A stretch of DNA of 64,000 nt from a virus. The notes beneath the pieces were generated by a model, which worked only from the letters and a program-made list of their open reading frames with translations, searched no databases and was not told the origin of the DNA. The position numbers were made by a program, and so were the translations under genes. The DNA lies in the IMG/VR virus record IMGVR_UViG_3300038301_000548, positions 64,001 to 128,000 of that record. The stretch is one strand, 5' to 3'. Shown here piece by piece: positions 55,595 to 64,000 of the stretch. Positions within the stretch are counted from its first letter, which is position 1. Every line of letters starts with the position of its first letter.

Positions 55595-55602
55595 TAAATA
55601 GT
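55595..55602 (-). promoter_or_regulatory. ACTATTTA motif
   Basis: Intergenic, about 20 nt upstream of the gp25-like ATG. Confidence 0.5.
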
Positions 55603-55628
55603 GGTGCACCAATATATTTGAAAAGAGA

Positions 55629-58600
55629 TTATTCAAAATCTTCAGGATTAGGCATTTGACCGAAAGGAGAGGGGAGAGGAGAACGGCAAACCCTCTCCTC
55701 CATATGCTCTGGAGTGTATAATGCTGGGGCTTCATCGTCGCAGGCGCCGGATCGTTGGCGCATCTTCTTTTCGCCGGGCAATTGGTATGTTGATAATGCC
55801 AAAATAGTAAAAGGAGACAGTGGGTGTCCGTAGCGGTCAGCGTTCCATGGTTTCAAGCCTTCGTCAGGCCATTGTGACTCATGGTCCATACAAGGCACGC
55901 CGAATGCAAACACGCCGTCCATCAAAGCGACAGGGCCTTTATACAAATAGCCTACTGCCCTCTCCAGGGTCCTCTTCATGGGCTTTGTGTCGCCATCGAA
56001 GAGTGAGTCGACTGAATACCATATGTCTCGACCGGTGGAGACGATCACTGTTGAATATTTGCCTTTCTCACCCTCGGCGTTCCTTTGGAGGCCGGCGCTC
56101 ATGAGTGACTTATCAGCTGAGACTGTTCTGATACCATCCCAAGAAAGGTTCTCTATGTTACAGTTTTCCCAATGAGTCTTCATTTCTTTGTAAGCTGGGT
56201 CTATAGTGCTGGCAATGCCTCGGAAAAGCGCCGAAGGGAAATACTTTATGAGATCTTTCAACATATCTTTAAAGTTATCAAAGAATTCCCTAGGAATAGC
56301 CAGGTCAAAACAATCTAGGTTTTCTGGATTTGATATTGGATTATCTGTTAGAGACTTCATAGCTTCCGCTTGGCTGTGATTATTCAAGAATTCATTTCTT
56401 TCTTTGGCATTCAGTCCGGACATCTTAGTCAAGAATGCTAAATTATGTTTTGGGGTTTGTAAAATACTAGGCATAGTGCTGTATCCAGACAACAAAGAAG
56501 TTGCGTACACTGTGCTTATAGCTTGAAATCTTTTTACAGGCAAAACATACTGTAGAAGCGCTTTTGTTTCTGGTTTTCTAAGGAGCCTTTCTGATATTCC
56601 TCTCTGCCTTAGATGGTACTTCTCCTTGAACGAACTCAATGGCCAGCAATTGATCATCACTTCCCCTAGGGGAGAAATGTCTAAACGCTCTTCGCCTAAT
56701 GGAACTGAAAGAAAGTTGTCCATTCTTCCGGTTCGCAACTCCTCTGAGGGTTTTCTGAGGATTGTTGATCTAGACAGATCTGTTATCTCCGAAGCCGCGG
56801 CGCCGGGGCTATGGTTGTTTATTGGGATATTGGATACAAACCTGCAGATCTGCTCAACTGTTGAGGTTCTCATCAAGCCCTGCTTAACTCCCAACAAAGC
56901 TTTATCAAACACAGCTGATGAGATAGCTTGATCAATGCCAGTGGAGCCGTTGAGTGCGGCCATGTATGTGTCTTTAATATTGATCACAGTGCCTGCAGAT
57001 ATTGGCAGGCTGTGAATAGTGTTAGCAGGCAAGCCTGGTATAGCTACGGGGGATGTATACAGCAGCTTTAGTATAGCTTTATTATACTGTTCTTTTAGCT
57101 GTAGCGGACTCATAGCTGTGTCAAGATCAGTGTCAGTAATTTGTTTATCTAGTAAGTACTTGTTAAAAGACTTCGTCAGCGGAGTATAGTCAGTGTTGCC
57201 AGGGGTAAAAACAAATTTATACATCTCGTAATCCATCTTAAGTAGGATATCTTCTGGGCGGCCGGCGAAAACGGAAGTCATCTCCTCTTCTTCATAAAGC
57301 ACCATGTTGCGCATGTGAGCAGCTCGGACATTCTCCGCGAAACTATCAAGGTTGTCCTCTGCTTGGCCGTCAAAAGAATTATTATACCCTTCCAGCGCTG
57401 CTTGCCAGGTGTTATGCGGATTTGGATTGCGGGGATCGTGAAGCCTAGACTCGGCGGTCACAAAGTCCAAAGGATCGAATTGTCGAGGCGCAAATTCGCG
57501 TTGATTCAGAAAAGCTAGAATACCGATAGGGCCAGTTCCGAAATTGCCATTAAAATTAAGCCCTAGGGCGCCAAAACGGTCGTTGCACACTTCGTTGTGA
57601 AATAGGATAGTTGTTCTTATGAGCCACTCAATGCCGCCGCGGTTTCCGAGTAGATTCGAAAAGCGTCCGTTTTCTCGGACATTGTAACCTAGATCGGACC
57701 ATGGGATCCACTCCTCCATATCTCTTGGCTTTATCGCCATTTGAGCTGCTTCTACGTGGCTGTCCGATCCGGCTAAACGATGGACAACACGGCCGTTGCC
57801 GTCGCCATGCATAATACTTATTTCTCTCTTGTTTGCGCGGTCTTTCCAGTCACCATTGAATGAATTAGTATCATTATAGCCGGGTATTTGGGTCACTCTG
57901 AAGCGAAACATTTGCGAATTCTGGCGATCGCTGGGATTGCCCCAGAAGTCTGTACCGGTACTGTGGCTCATATTAATGCATAACATAAAAAAGAGCTTTC
58001 TAAATTCGTCACTATGGGGGCCTAGGCCTTGATCGCCGGGGTCCTTAACCTTTGAGAAGGTCTGGCTCGTGTCAATCCAGCACAGCATAATATGCATATA
58101 ATACAAACAGGCCAGGGCCCAAGGAACTTTCTGGCGGACGACAGCCAGACCTGCACCATCCTCTTGTTGGTTGGCCGGCACACGGTTCCAAAATTTTTGA
58201 TTGGCGCCTTGGTCGCGATTGACATTTTGCACCAAAAGATCTGCTGAAATATCATATTGAGCCATGGCGGCAAAAGCAGCTATAGTATCCTCTGGGGATA
58301 GGTTTGAATCTTTTATCTTTTGGTATACCTTTATCATAAGGTTTAATGCATATGGTGCCACTGGGTTTGTAAACTTTGTTTCTCCATATAAGATATTGCA
58401 CTCTGACCTTATTGAGTACATATATCTTCTTGCTACCATCACCCCTATTCCTGTGAGGAACTGCATTATCAAGTCGAATGCCTCATCCACCTGCACTTGC
58501 TTTATAATCTTTGAGTTTTGAGCTTTAATTCTGTAAACTGCTGTGTATATGTTATCTATTGGCGCGTCCTCTGATGTAGGTACTATAAAATCTTCGACTT

Positions 58601-61600
58601 CGTCTGCTGCTTCTGCTGCTTGGCCCATTTGTATCAGCCGCCTTATGACTTCAGCATTCTTTTTATTACGAAAAAAAGCAGGATAACTGTATAGGCTATC
58701 GAGGTTTTCGCTACCGAAATGAGTATTTTCGGCGCCGGGTCGAGAGGTCTTATTCAGTGTGTGCTTAATTACCGACCTAATAAAAATCGATACGTCTGCC
58801 ATACTGAGGCGACCATCGGAATAGTACAAAGTATTGTTGTTTTTATTGTGAAACGGCATCTTAATAGTCGGGATTCTATTATAATTTACTAGATATTCGC
58901 CGGCGCCGTCGTTCAATAATCCAGATACAGGGCCCTGAGGAGGTTGAATTAGTTTCCCGTCGTCGGCATACCCCTCCAAGCCGGGGATGTCACTAGGTTT
59001 GAAATCACCAGTTGCGTAGCGAGGTATAAGAGTTTGGTTTTCACCTCGAAAATAATAGTCTATGGTGTTTATGCTTTCCGCCATGGCGCGCCGGGTGTCG
59101 ACCAGGTTACCTGGTGAGAGGTCTGGGGTGAGTCTGTATTTTTTGTCCACCCGGGAAAAACTAAAAAAGTTATGATTGCGCGCAATAGAATATGGCATAG
59201 ACATGCCGGCAGGAGCCGAGAGCGGGCATATTAAAGAATTAACGTTATTAAAGCCACAAACGTCCGGATTGATGAGTTTGCGCCTTGGTGTGGTCTGAGC
59301 GTCTAAATGTTCGATGTTGCCGGGGAGTCCGCTTTCAAGGGCGACAGTAGGAAGCAAGGCCTGAGACCAGGATGGTAAAAACCCTGTTGTAAACATATCG
59401 GTAGCAGCCATGCTATTGGGCGAGACGATTGTTACATCAAGGGCGATGTCATCTCTGCTCCTAGTGGCGAGGGTGAGCCCAAGTGGTGCAGTTTGAGTGA
59501 ATGCCAAATCTGGTAAATTAGCGTTTCCTTCAAACATCATATTTATCGCCTCTTGAGACGTGGCTTTTAATGTTCTATCTTCTATGTTGGTTGGAATAAT
59601 ATTTGTTGTAAGATTTCCTGGTAAATTTAGATTTTCACCTTGCTCTTGGGTTAATGGCGATACAGTCTGTGCTGTCAAGTACCCCCAAAGGGAGTCTGGT
59701 CTCTTCTCTCTAAGGAAGGAGTTTAAGACCCCCTTGATCGCCGTGAGAGATTGGAAAAAGGTGCCTGTTGAGGTTCTGGGGTTACTGAGATTATAATCTT
59801 TCTCAAGCAAATAGAACCCAGTTGGATTTATCCCACTTCGGCGTATCAGGTTTCCTCGCGATGAAAATAGCCGATCTAACTCTGCTTTAGAGTTATAGTT
59901 TGGATTGTTTGCGGCCGAAGGGTCCGTATCATTTTCAAAAACCTTAGAGTATATCCTTTCGATAGAGCAGAACTGTACTCGACTGGTTGGGTTTAGTGCA
60001 GAGCTTCTATAAATTTTTTGCATGCCTTGCTGTGTTCTATCAAAAAAGTCTAAAGAGAAGTCGGGAAATCGCCCTGTCCACTCTCTCTGTCTGTCAGCTC
60101 CTGGAGCAGCAGCAGCAGCAAGGATCTTGTTATCGAGAGAAGTTATTCTGTGCGGGTTATCATCATCATCTGCAGATAAGGCCTGAACGAAGCCGTTGTG
60201 AAGGTTGGTAAAGTCAGTCATGATATCCCTTATAGCTACATTAAGTTTGCCTATGTTTGACTGTATCGCGCCTATGCGGGAAAGTCCTTGTGTAGTTATG
60301 GATGTTGACTTCTTAAGGTCTTCTAAGTATTCTGGAAGGACCACTTTGCAATAGACTTCTGAAGGTCTTGATTGGCCAGAGATATACACTCGTGTCACCA
60401 ATATTCTTAGGGGTATAGGATATATGTTTGGAGGTAATAATTTATGTTTTTTAGCTCTGAGATCCAGGCGGCCGTTGGCCCGGGCTTCAAAGAACTCGGG
60501 TACCTCATGCAGAATCTTACATGTTTCACCCCGGGGGTCTTCTGAATCTAGGCGCGCGGCGCCTAGATTCATGGGGTCCCCACCGCCGATTGGTTGAAAA
60601 CTCCAAGATTCATTCTGGGCTCTCCTGAGCCAGTGGAGCATACTAGCTTCGACGTTAGTACGCTGAAAAGGACAATCTTCTTCTCTATAGTTCTCATTAG
60701 CTGTCTCTGTTCCGCGGGCGTTTGAGTTCGCTGACGGGTTCGCTATAAGCCATGGCGCGGTAAGAGCTATATTCGACAATTTATCGATGCCCATGGGCCG
60801 TATAATGTACGGACCCAAGGGCAAGCCGTCTATGTCTAGACGATTGTCGGGGACCGGGCGCTGGTCGGATCTTCTCATAAAGAATGTGCGGCTGTTCTGA
60901 ACCAGGGCCGGGTCGAGCATTGTGTTGTTATCATTCTCACCTGTTCCGATTAGATGGCCATCGGAGTCATACCCGTCTACCTCGTCATACAGTAGCTGCA
61001 ATGTGTTTTCGTGGAAATCCCCAAAAAGATTAGAAGTCTCTTGTTCCGGGATAAAATGCAACACTGCTGGGTCAAATGTATCCCCTATTGTGAATGAGCC
61101 ATGGAGGCCTGCCAAGATAGACGCGTCACCAGAGAATTCGTAAACCGTCTCGACCCAATGTTCTTCTCTTGTTGCTTGATCCCGGGGACTCATCAAGGGC
61201 GTCTCAAAGGCCGCGCGGGCGGTGTCAAAACTTTGCTCGTCTTCAAACTCTCCTAGCTTGTTTTCAAAAATTCTTTGCCGGTGGGGCGCGGCGGGATGGC
61301 GCATATGAACAAGCTGGTCTCGTGTTAAGTCAAAAATGTTATTATCATCGACAGGGAGTGTTCTTCCGAGAAGATCTCTTTGGACCCCTAAGGTCGCAGC
61401 TTGACTATCTTTGCCAATTGGAAAAGTCAAACCGTGCGGGATCCCATAAGCTCTCAGCATTGAGCCGTTAATTTGGTCGACGCGGGCTTGCCCGTTAGCA
61501 AACTTAATGTTCAACTCGTCTATGTTGGTGAATTCAATATTCTCATAATGCTGAGTCGAGGGTCCGGATTGAAAATCATGTTTAAGGTTTTCAGATATAT

Positions 61601-64000
61601 ACTCAAGATATTCTTTTGAATTCTCAGAGGCTTCTAGCAGAATATCAGACATTTTGGAAGATTGTTCAAGCGTTGTAAATGCGCCCGGGTCGCCGATATA
61701 CCTTAATCCTAATTCATGGTACATCTTCATAAGATCTTTGCCATCTTGAGCTATTATATAATAAGAGTCTTCAGAGTCGCCGTGAGTTATTGAGTTGGAG
61801 CATGCGCTTCGCAAGGCCGCGGCTGGCTGGTCGCCTGGAAAGCTTATGCTGCCATTCAACATCTCATGGAATTCAGAAAGAGAAGTATCACCCAGTGCGC
61901 CTTCAAAGAAGCTGCCAAAGCCGTGGCTTATAAAATCTTTGTTAAATTTTACGATTCTTCTAGTCTTCTTGATAAATCTGGTAGGGGTTCTATCTATTGC
62001 ATAAGGATACCCGTCGACTGTTTGGACGTCTGTATTGCGTTGGCGGCCGCCTGTGGCACTATCAGGATCCTCATCATAGTCATAAAGGCCCTGCATGTGT
62101 TTTATATATTTATCCAAGTCATCTTCATTCAAGGCACCGTTTATTGCTCCCAAGAAGTCGTCGATATGAAAGATCTCTTCTCTTTTATCTATCGTGCTAT
62201 CTGCGTCATATTCTTCAACAGAAGAACCCTGAGCACTGCCTGGGATAGCTGGTGTTTCTTTAAAATCATAATTTTCAATATTTGGATGTGAAACATTTTG
62301 CAAGCGACCTAAAGAGTCTTTAATATTTAATTTTTGTGGAATCCTGTTTTCTACATCGGTAAATAATTCCGGGTTGTCATCAATATTAGCTGTAGTGAAG
62401 GCTTCTATTATCTCCCTAGTCGGAAGAATCAAAGTCTCAAGAGCAGCTAGCGGACCAGTAACCCTTAGACCGTGTTCAATATGGAAAAACGGATCATTAC
62501 CATTTACATGATTAAGTGCTGTGCGTACCGAACCAAGACCAGAGTTGCTGTTTTCGATTTCTGGGTTTATTATTACATTATTTGTATCCCTTAAGGGGTG
62601 CTGCCACCAAAAATACTCAGGGCGCTCGAAATTTCTAAGATCTTCGGGCGGCTCTACAATCACTTCTCCGACGTCATTAATAAAAACGCCGGCTTCGATA
62701 TCAACTGGGTCCCCGTCGATCGATATCATAGTCCTGGAAACTTCTGATTGCGGTATAAAATAGCTCGTAAACCATTTATAGTAATCTAGATTCGGATTAT
62801 TGTTATATACATTTTTAGATAAGTCTTGCATTTTCATTGATTGCTGCTGGACTAGTCTTTTTAACGCGATATATGGGGCTTGTATACCGGTAATTCTTGA
62901 AATTATAGGCTTCCACTCATCCCTAATCGACGGGATTCTTTCTATTTCGTGCTTTATGAATTCGTAAATAAACTCTTTCATCAAGGGTTCATCATAAACA
63001 CCTTCAAAATCCCAAACAGAATATGCTAGGGATCCCTTCAATAACAACTCCACCAAACAAATTCTAACAAACCCAATCATGCAAACGTTCTGTATTGCTT
63101 TCTCTATCGGGCCGAGGTCGTCATAATCGACATTTTCAAATGAATTCTCTGGCCTAGACATTTCTGCTCTGAGCTGACGGCCAATTTCATCCGTTATGAG
63201 TTTTTCGAATGACAAGGTTCCAAGCTGAGATACACTATATCTGTTTTTATAACAATCCTCTATCTCGTTGTAAAAAACCTGGCCAGCGACTCGTCGGCGG
63301 AATGAGTCAAAATAACCATCCTCATCGTAAACTCTTGAATTTCTTAGCGAATAAAAAACTTGCTCAAAGATACCTTCTAAAAATTCTGGGTATTGTTTAT
63401 GATATAAATTATCTCTGATTTCCCCGTCAATTGTTAATTTATCAAACTCTTCCTGTATTTCATCGGCGCGCTCGGCGGCGGGCAGCTCATACCTTTGCGC
63501 CATTGAAGTTAGAGATTTCAAATGCATTCTTGCAAATATTTCTCTCCTAGTATAAACCCCGGGAGGGATATTTTGATAGTTAGTAAATACGTGAGTGGCC
63601 ACTGTGCTGCCACGATCGTGTGAAGCTTCAATATAAGTCACTTGCCTGTCCGAGTCGGCCCTGACAGTTATCAGATTGGCGTCCTGGATCTCATTATCTG
63701 GACCCACTATTGAATCACAAAACCGGAAAACTTTTGGATTTTCTGCACTTGTATCGCGGAATAGGTTGTCGCCATATAATGTTATAGTATATGGATCGTA
63801 TTTCTTTTGATCCAGTGAGTTCTCTGGGAGAGCGCTCGTTTTTGATTTAAATTCATACAAAGAGATCGACGGACCCGGGACGCCGAGCGCGCTCTTGAAA
63901 TCTATCGTTAACTTTCTAACGTCGGGCCCATCGATGAATCGGTTGTTTTGATCGACAGCCGGTGCATCAAAATAAATCCCCTGTGTTGGATGAGTTAGCG
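55629..64000 (-). CDS. Giant hypothetical protein, 5'-truncated (at least about 2790 aa)
   Basis: The track start (63860) is a TTG; manual translation shows the frame stays open to the window edge (LTHPTQGIYFDAPAVDQNNRFIDGPDVRK...). Confidence 0.8.
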   Translation of the reverse strand, partial: LTHPTQGIYFDAPAVDQNNRFIDGPDVRKLTIDFKSALGVPGPSISLYEFKSKTSALPENSLDQKKYDPYTITLYGDNLFRDTSAENPKVFRFCDSIVGPDNEIQDANLITVRADSDRQVTYIEASHDRGSTVATHVFTNYQNIPPGVYTRREIFARMHLKSLTSMAQRYELPAAERADEIQEEFDKLTIDGEIRDNLYHKQYPEFLEGIFEQVFYSLRNSRVYDEDGYFDSFRRRVAGQVFYNEIEDCYKNRYSVSQLGTLSFEKLITDEIGRQLRAEMSRPENSFENVDYDDLGPIEKAIQNVCMIGFVRICLVELLLKGSLAYSVWDFEGVYDEPLMKEFIYEFIKHEIERIPSIRDEWKPIISRITGIQAPYIALKRLVQQQSMKMQDLSKNVYNNNPNLDYYKWFTSYFIPQSEVSRTMISIDGDPVDIEAGVFINDVGEVIVEPPEDLRNFERPEYFWWQHPLRDTNNVIINPEIENSNSGLGSVRTALNHVNGNDPFFHIEHGLRVTGPLAALETLILPTREIIEAFTTANIDDNPELFTDVENRIPQKLNIKDSLGRLQNVSHPNIENYDFKETPAIPGSAQGSSVEEYDADSTIDKREEIFHIDDFLGAINGALNEDDLDKYIKHMQGLYDYDEDPDSATGGRQRNTDVQTVDGYPYAIDRTPTRFIKKTRRIVKFNKDFISHGFGSFFEGALGDTSLSEFHEMLNGSISFPGDQPAAALRSACSNSITHGDSEDSYYIIAQDGKDLMKMYHELGLRYIGDPGAFTTLEQSSKMSDILLEASENSKEYLEYISENLKHDFQSGPSTQHYENIEFTNIDELNIKFANGQARVDQINGSMLRAYGIPHGLTFPIGKDSQAATLGVQRDLLGRTLPVDDNNIFDLTRDQLVHMRHPAAPHRQRIFENKLGEFEDEQSFDTARAAFETPLMSPRDQATREEHWVETVYEFSGDASILAGLHGSFTIGDTFDPAVLHFIPEQETSNLFGDFHENTLQLLYDEVDGYDSDGHLIGTGENDNNTMLDPALVQNSRTFFMRRSDQRPVPDNRLDIDGLPLGPYIIRPMGIDKLSNIALTAPWLIANPSANSNARGTETANENYREEDCPFQRTNVEASMLHWLRRAQNESWSFQPIGGGDPMNLGAARLDSEDPRGETCKILHEVPEFFEARANGRLDLRAKKHKLLPPNIYPIPLRILVTRVYISGQSRPSEVYCKVVLPEYLEDLKKSTSITTQGLSRIGAIQSNIGKLNVAIRDIMTDFTNLHNGFVQALSADDDDNPHRITSLDNKILAAAAAPGADRQREWTGRFPDFSLDFFDRTQQGMQKIYRSSALNPTSRVQFCSIERIYSKVFENDTDPSAANNPNYNSKAELDRLFSSRGNLIRRSGINPTGFYLLEKDYNLSNPRTSTGTFFQSLTAIKGVLNSFLREKRPDSLWGYLTAQTVSPLTQEQGENLNLPGNLTTNIIPTNIEDRTLKATSQEAINMMFEGNANLPDLAFTQTAPLGLTLATRSRDDIALDVTIVSPNSMAATDMFTTGFLPSWSQALLPTVALESGLPGNIEHLDAQTTPRRKLINPDVCGFNNVNSLICPLSAPAGMSMPYSIARNHNFFSFSRVDKKYRLTPDLSPGNLVDTRRAMAESINTIDYYFRGENQTLIPRYATGDFKPSDIPGLEGYADDGKLIQPPQGPVSGLLNDGAGEYLVNYNRIPTIKMPFHNKNNNTLYYSDGRLSMADVSIFIRSVIKHTLNKTSRPGAENTHFGSENLDSLYSYPAFFRNKKNAEVIRRLIQMGQAAEAADEVEDFIVPTSEDAPIDNIYTAVYRIKAQNSKIIKQVQVDEAFDLIMQFLTGIGVMVARRYMYSIRSECNILYGETKFTNPVAPYALNLMIKVYQKIKDSNLSPEDTIAAFAAMAQYDISADLLVQNVNRDQGANQKFWNRVPANQQEDGAGLAVVRQKVPWALACLYYMHIMLCWIDTSQTFSKVKDPGDQGLGPHSDEFRKLFFMLCINMSHSTGTDFWGNPSDRQNSQMFRFRVTQIPGYNDTNSFNGDWKDRANKREISIMHGDGNGRVVHRLAGSDSHVEAAQMAIKPRDMEEWIPWSDLGYNVRENGRFSNLLGNRGGIEWLIRTTILFHNEVCNDRFGALGLNFNGNFGTGPIGILAFLNQREFAPRQFDPLDFVTAESRLHDPRNPNPHNTWQAALEGYNNSFDGQAEDNLDSFAENVRAAHMRNMVLYEEEEMTSVFAGRPEDILLKMDYEMYKFVFTPGNTDYTPLTKSFNKYLLDKQITDTDLDTAMSPLQLKEQYNKAILKLLYTSPVAIPGLPANTIHSLPISAGTVINIKDTYMAALNGSTGIDQAISSAVFDKALLGVKQGLMRTSTVEQICRFVSNIPINNHSPGAAASEITDLSRSTILRKPSEELRTGRMDNFLSVPLGEERLDISPLGEVMINCWPLSSFKEKYHLRQRGISERLLRKPETKALLQYVLPVKRFQAISTVYATSLLSGYSTMPSILQTPKHNLAFLTKMSGLNAKERNEFLNNHSQAEAMKSLTDNPISNPENLDCFDLAIPREFFDNFKDMLKDLIKYFPSALFRGIASTIDPAYKEMKTHWENCNIENLSWDGIRTVSADKSLMSAGLQRNAEGEKGKYSTVIVSTGRDIWYSVDSLFDGDTKPMKRTLERAVGYLYKGPVALMDGVFAFGVPCMDHESQWPDEGLKPWNADRYGHPLSPFTILALSTYQLPGEKKMRQRSGACDDEAPALYTPEHMEERVCRSPLPSPFGQMPNPEDFE

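Noticed and set aside
176-63418. Numerous short plus-strand and alternate-frame ORFs in the track
   Set aside because: All lie opposite or inside well-supported minus-strand genes and have no motifs; treated as shadows.
1-64000. Alternative genetic code (TAG or TGA reassignment, as in some jumbo phages)
   Set aside because: Very long ORFs are intact in code 11, and TAA, TAG and TGA all terminate genes at dense junctions.
1-64000. tRNA genes, CRISPR arrays, integrase/transposase, diversity-generating retroelement
   Set aside because: Intergenic gaps are short and AT-rich; no T-loop/anticodon pattern, repeat-spacer array, recombinase or reverse transcriptase motif recognised.

Overview
The whole window is a gene-dense, single-strand (all minus) segment of a large T4-like myovirus (jumbo-phage type) genome, read in the standard genetic code. 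In transcription order (right to left) it holds: a giant 5'-truncated ORF, baseplate genes (gp25-like, gp6-like, a 745-aa and a 3430-aa LamG-containing protein) and several probable tail/baseplate proteins. Next comes a DNA-metabolism block (J-domain protein, RuvC-like resolvase, DnaG-like primase, a fused Mre11-Rad50/SbcDC nuclease), then a probable holin/spanin block. The head module follows (large terminase, portal, prohead protease, ribosomal protein bS21, scaffold, 677-aa major capsid protein), then neck/terminator genes gp13-gp14-gp15, a 1379-aa repeat-rich fibre and the start of the tail sheath gene. No tRNA, rRNA, CRISPR array, integrase, transposase, intein or reverse transcriptase was recognised. 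The most notable unexplained feature is a roughly 120-150-aa domain inserted in-frame into at least five unrelated virion genes, twice nested inside a copy of itself. Others are a hidden 21-aa CCKGS peptide in frame with an upstream UGA and followed by a GC hairpin, an ACTATTTA motif upstream of late genes (the inverse of the T4 late box), G/C-only micro-runs scattered through AT-rich coding DNA, and a phage bS21 placed among SD-led capsid genes. All calls come from reading motifs by eye; no database search was run.
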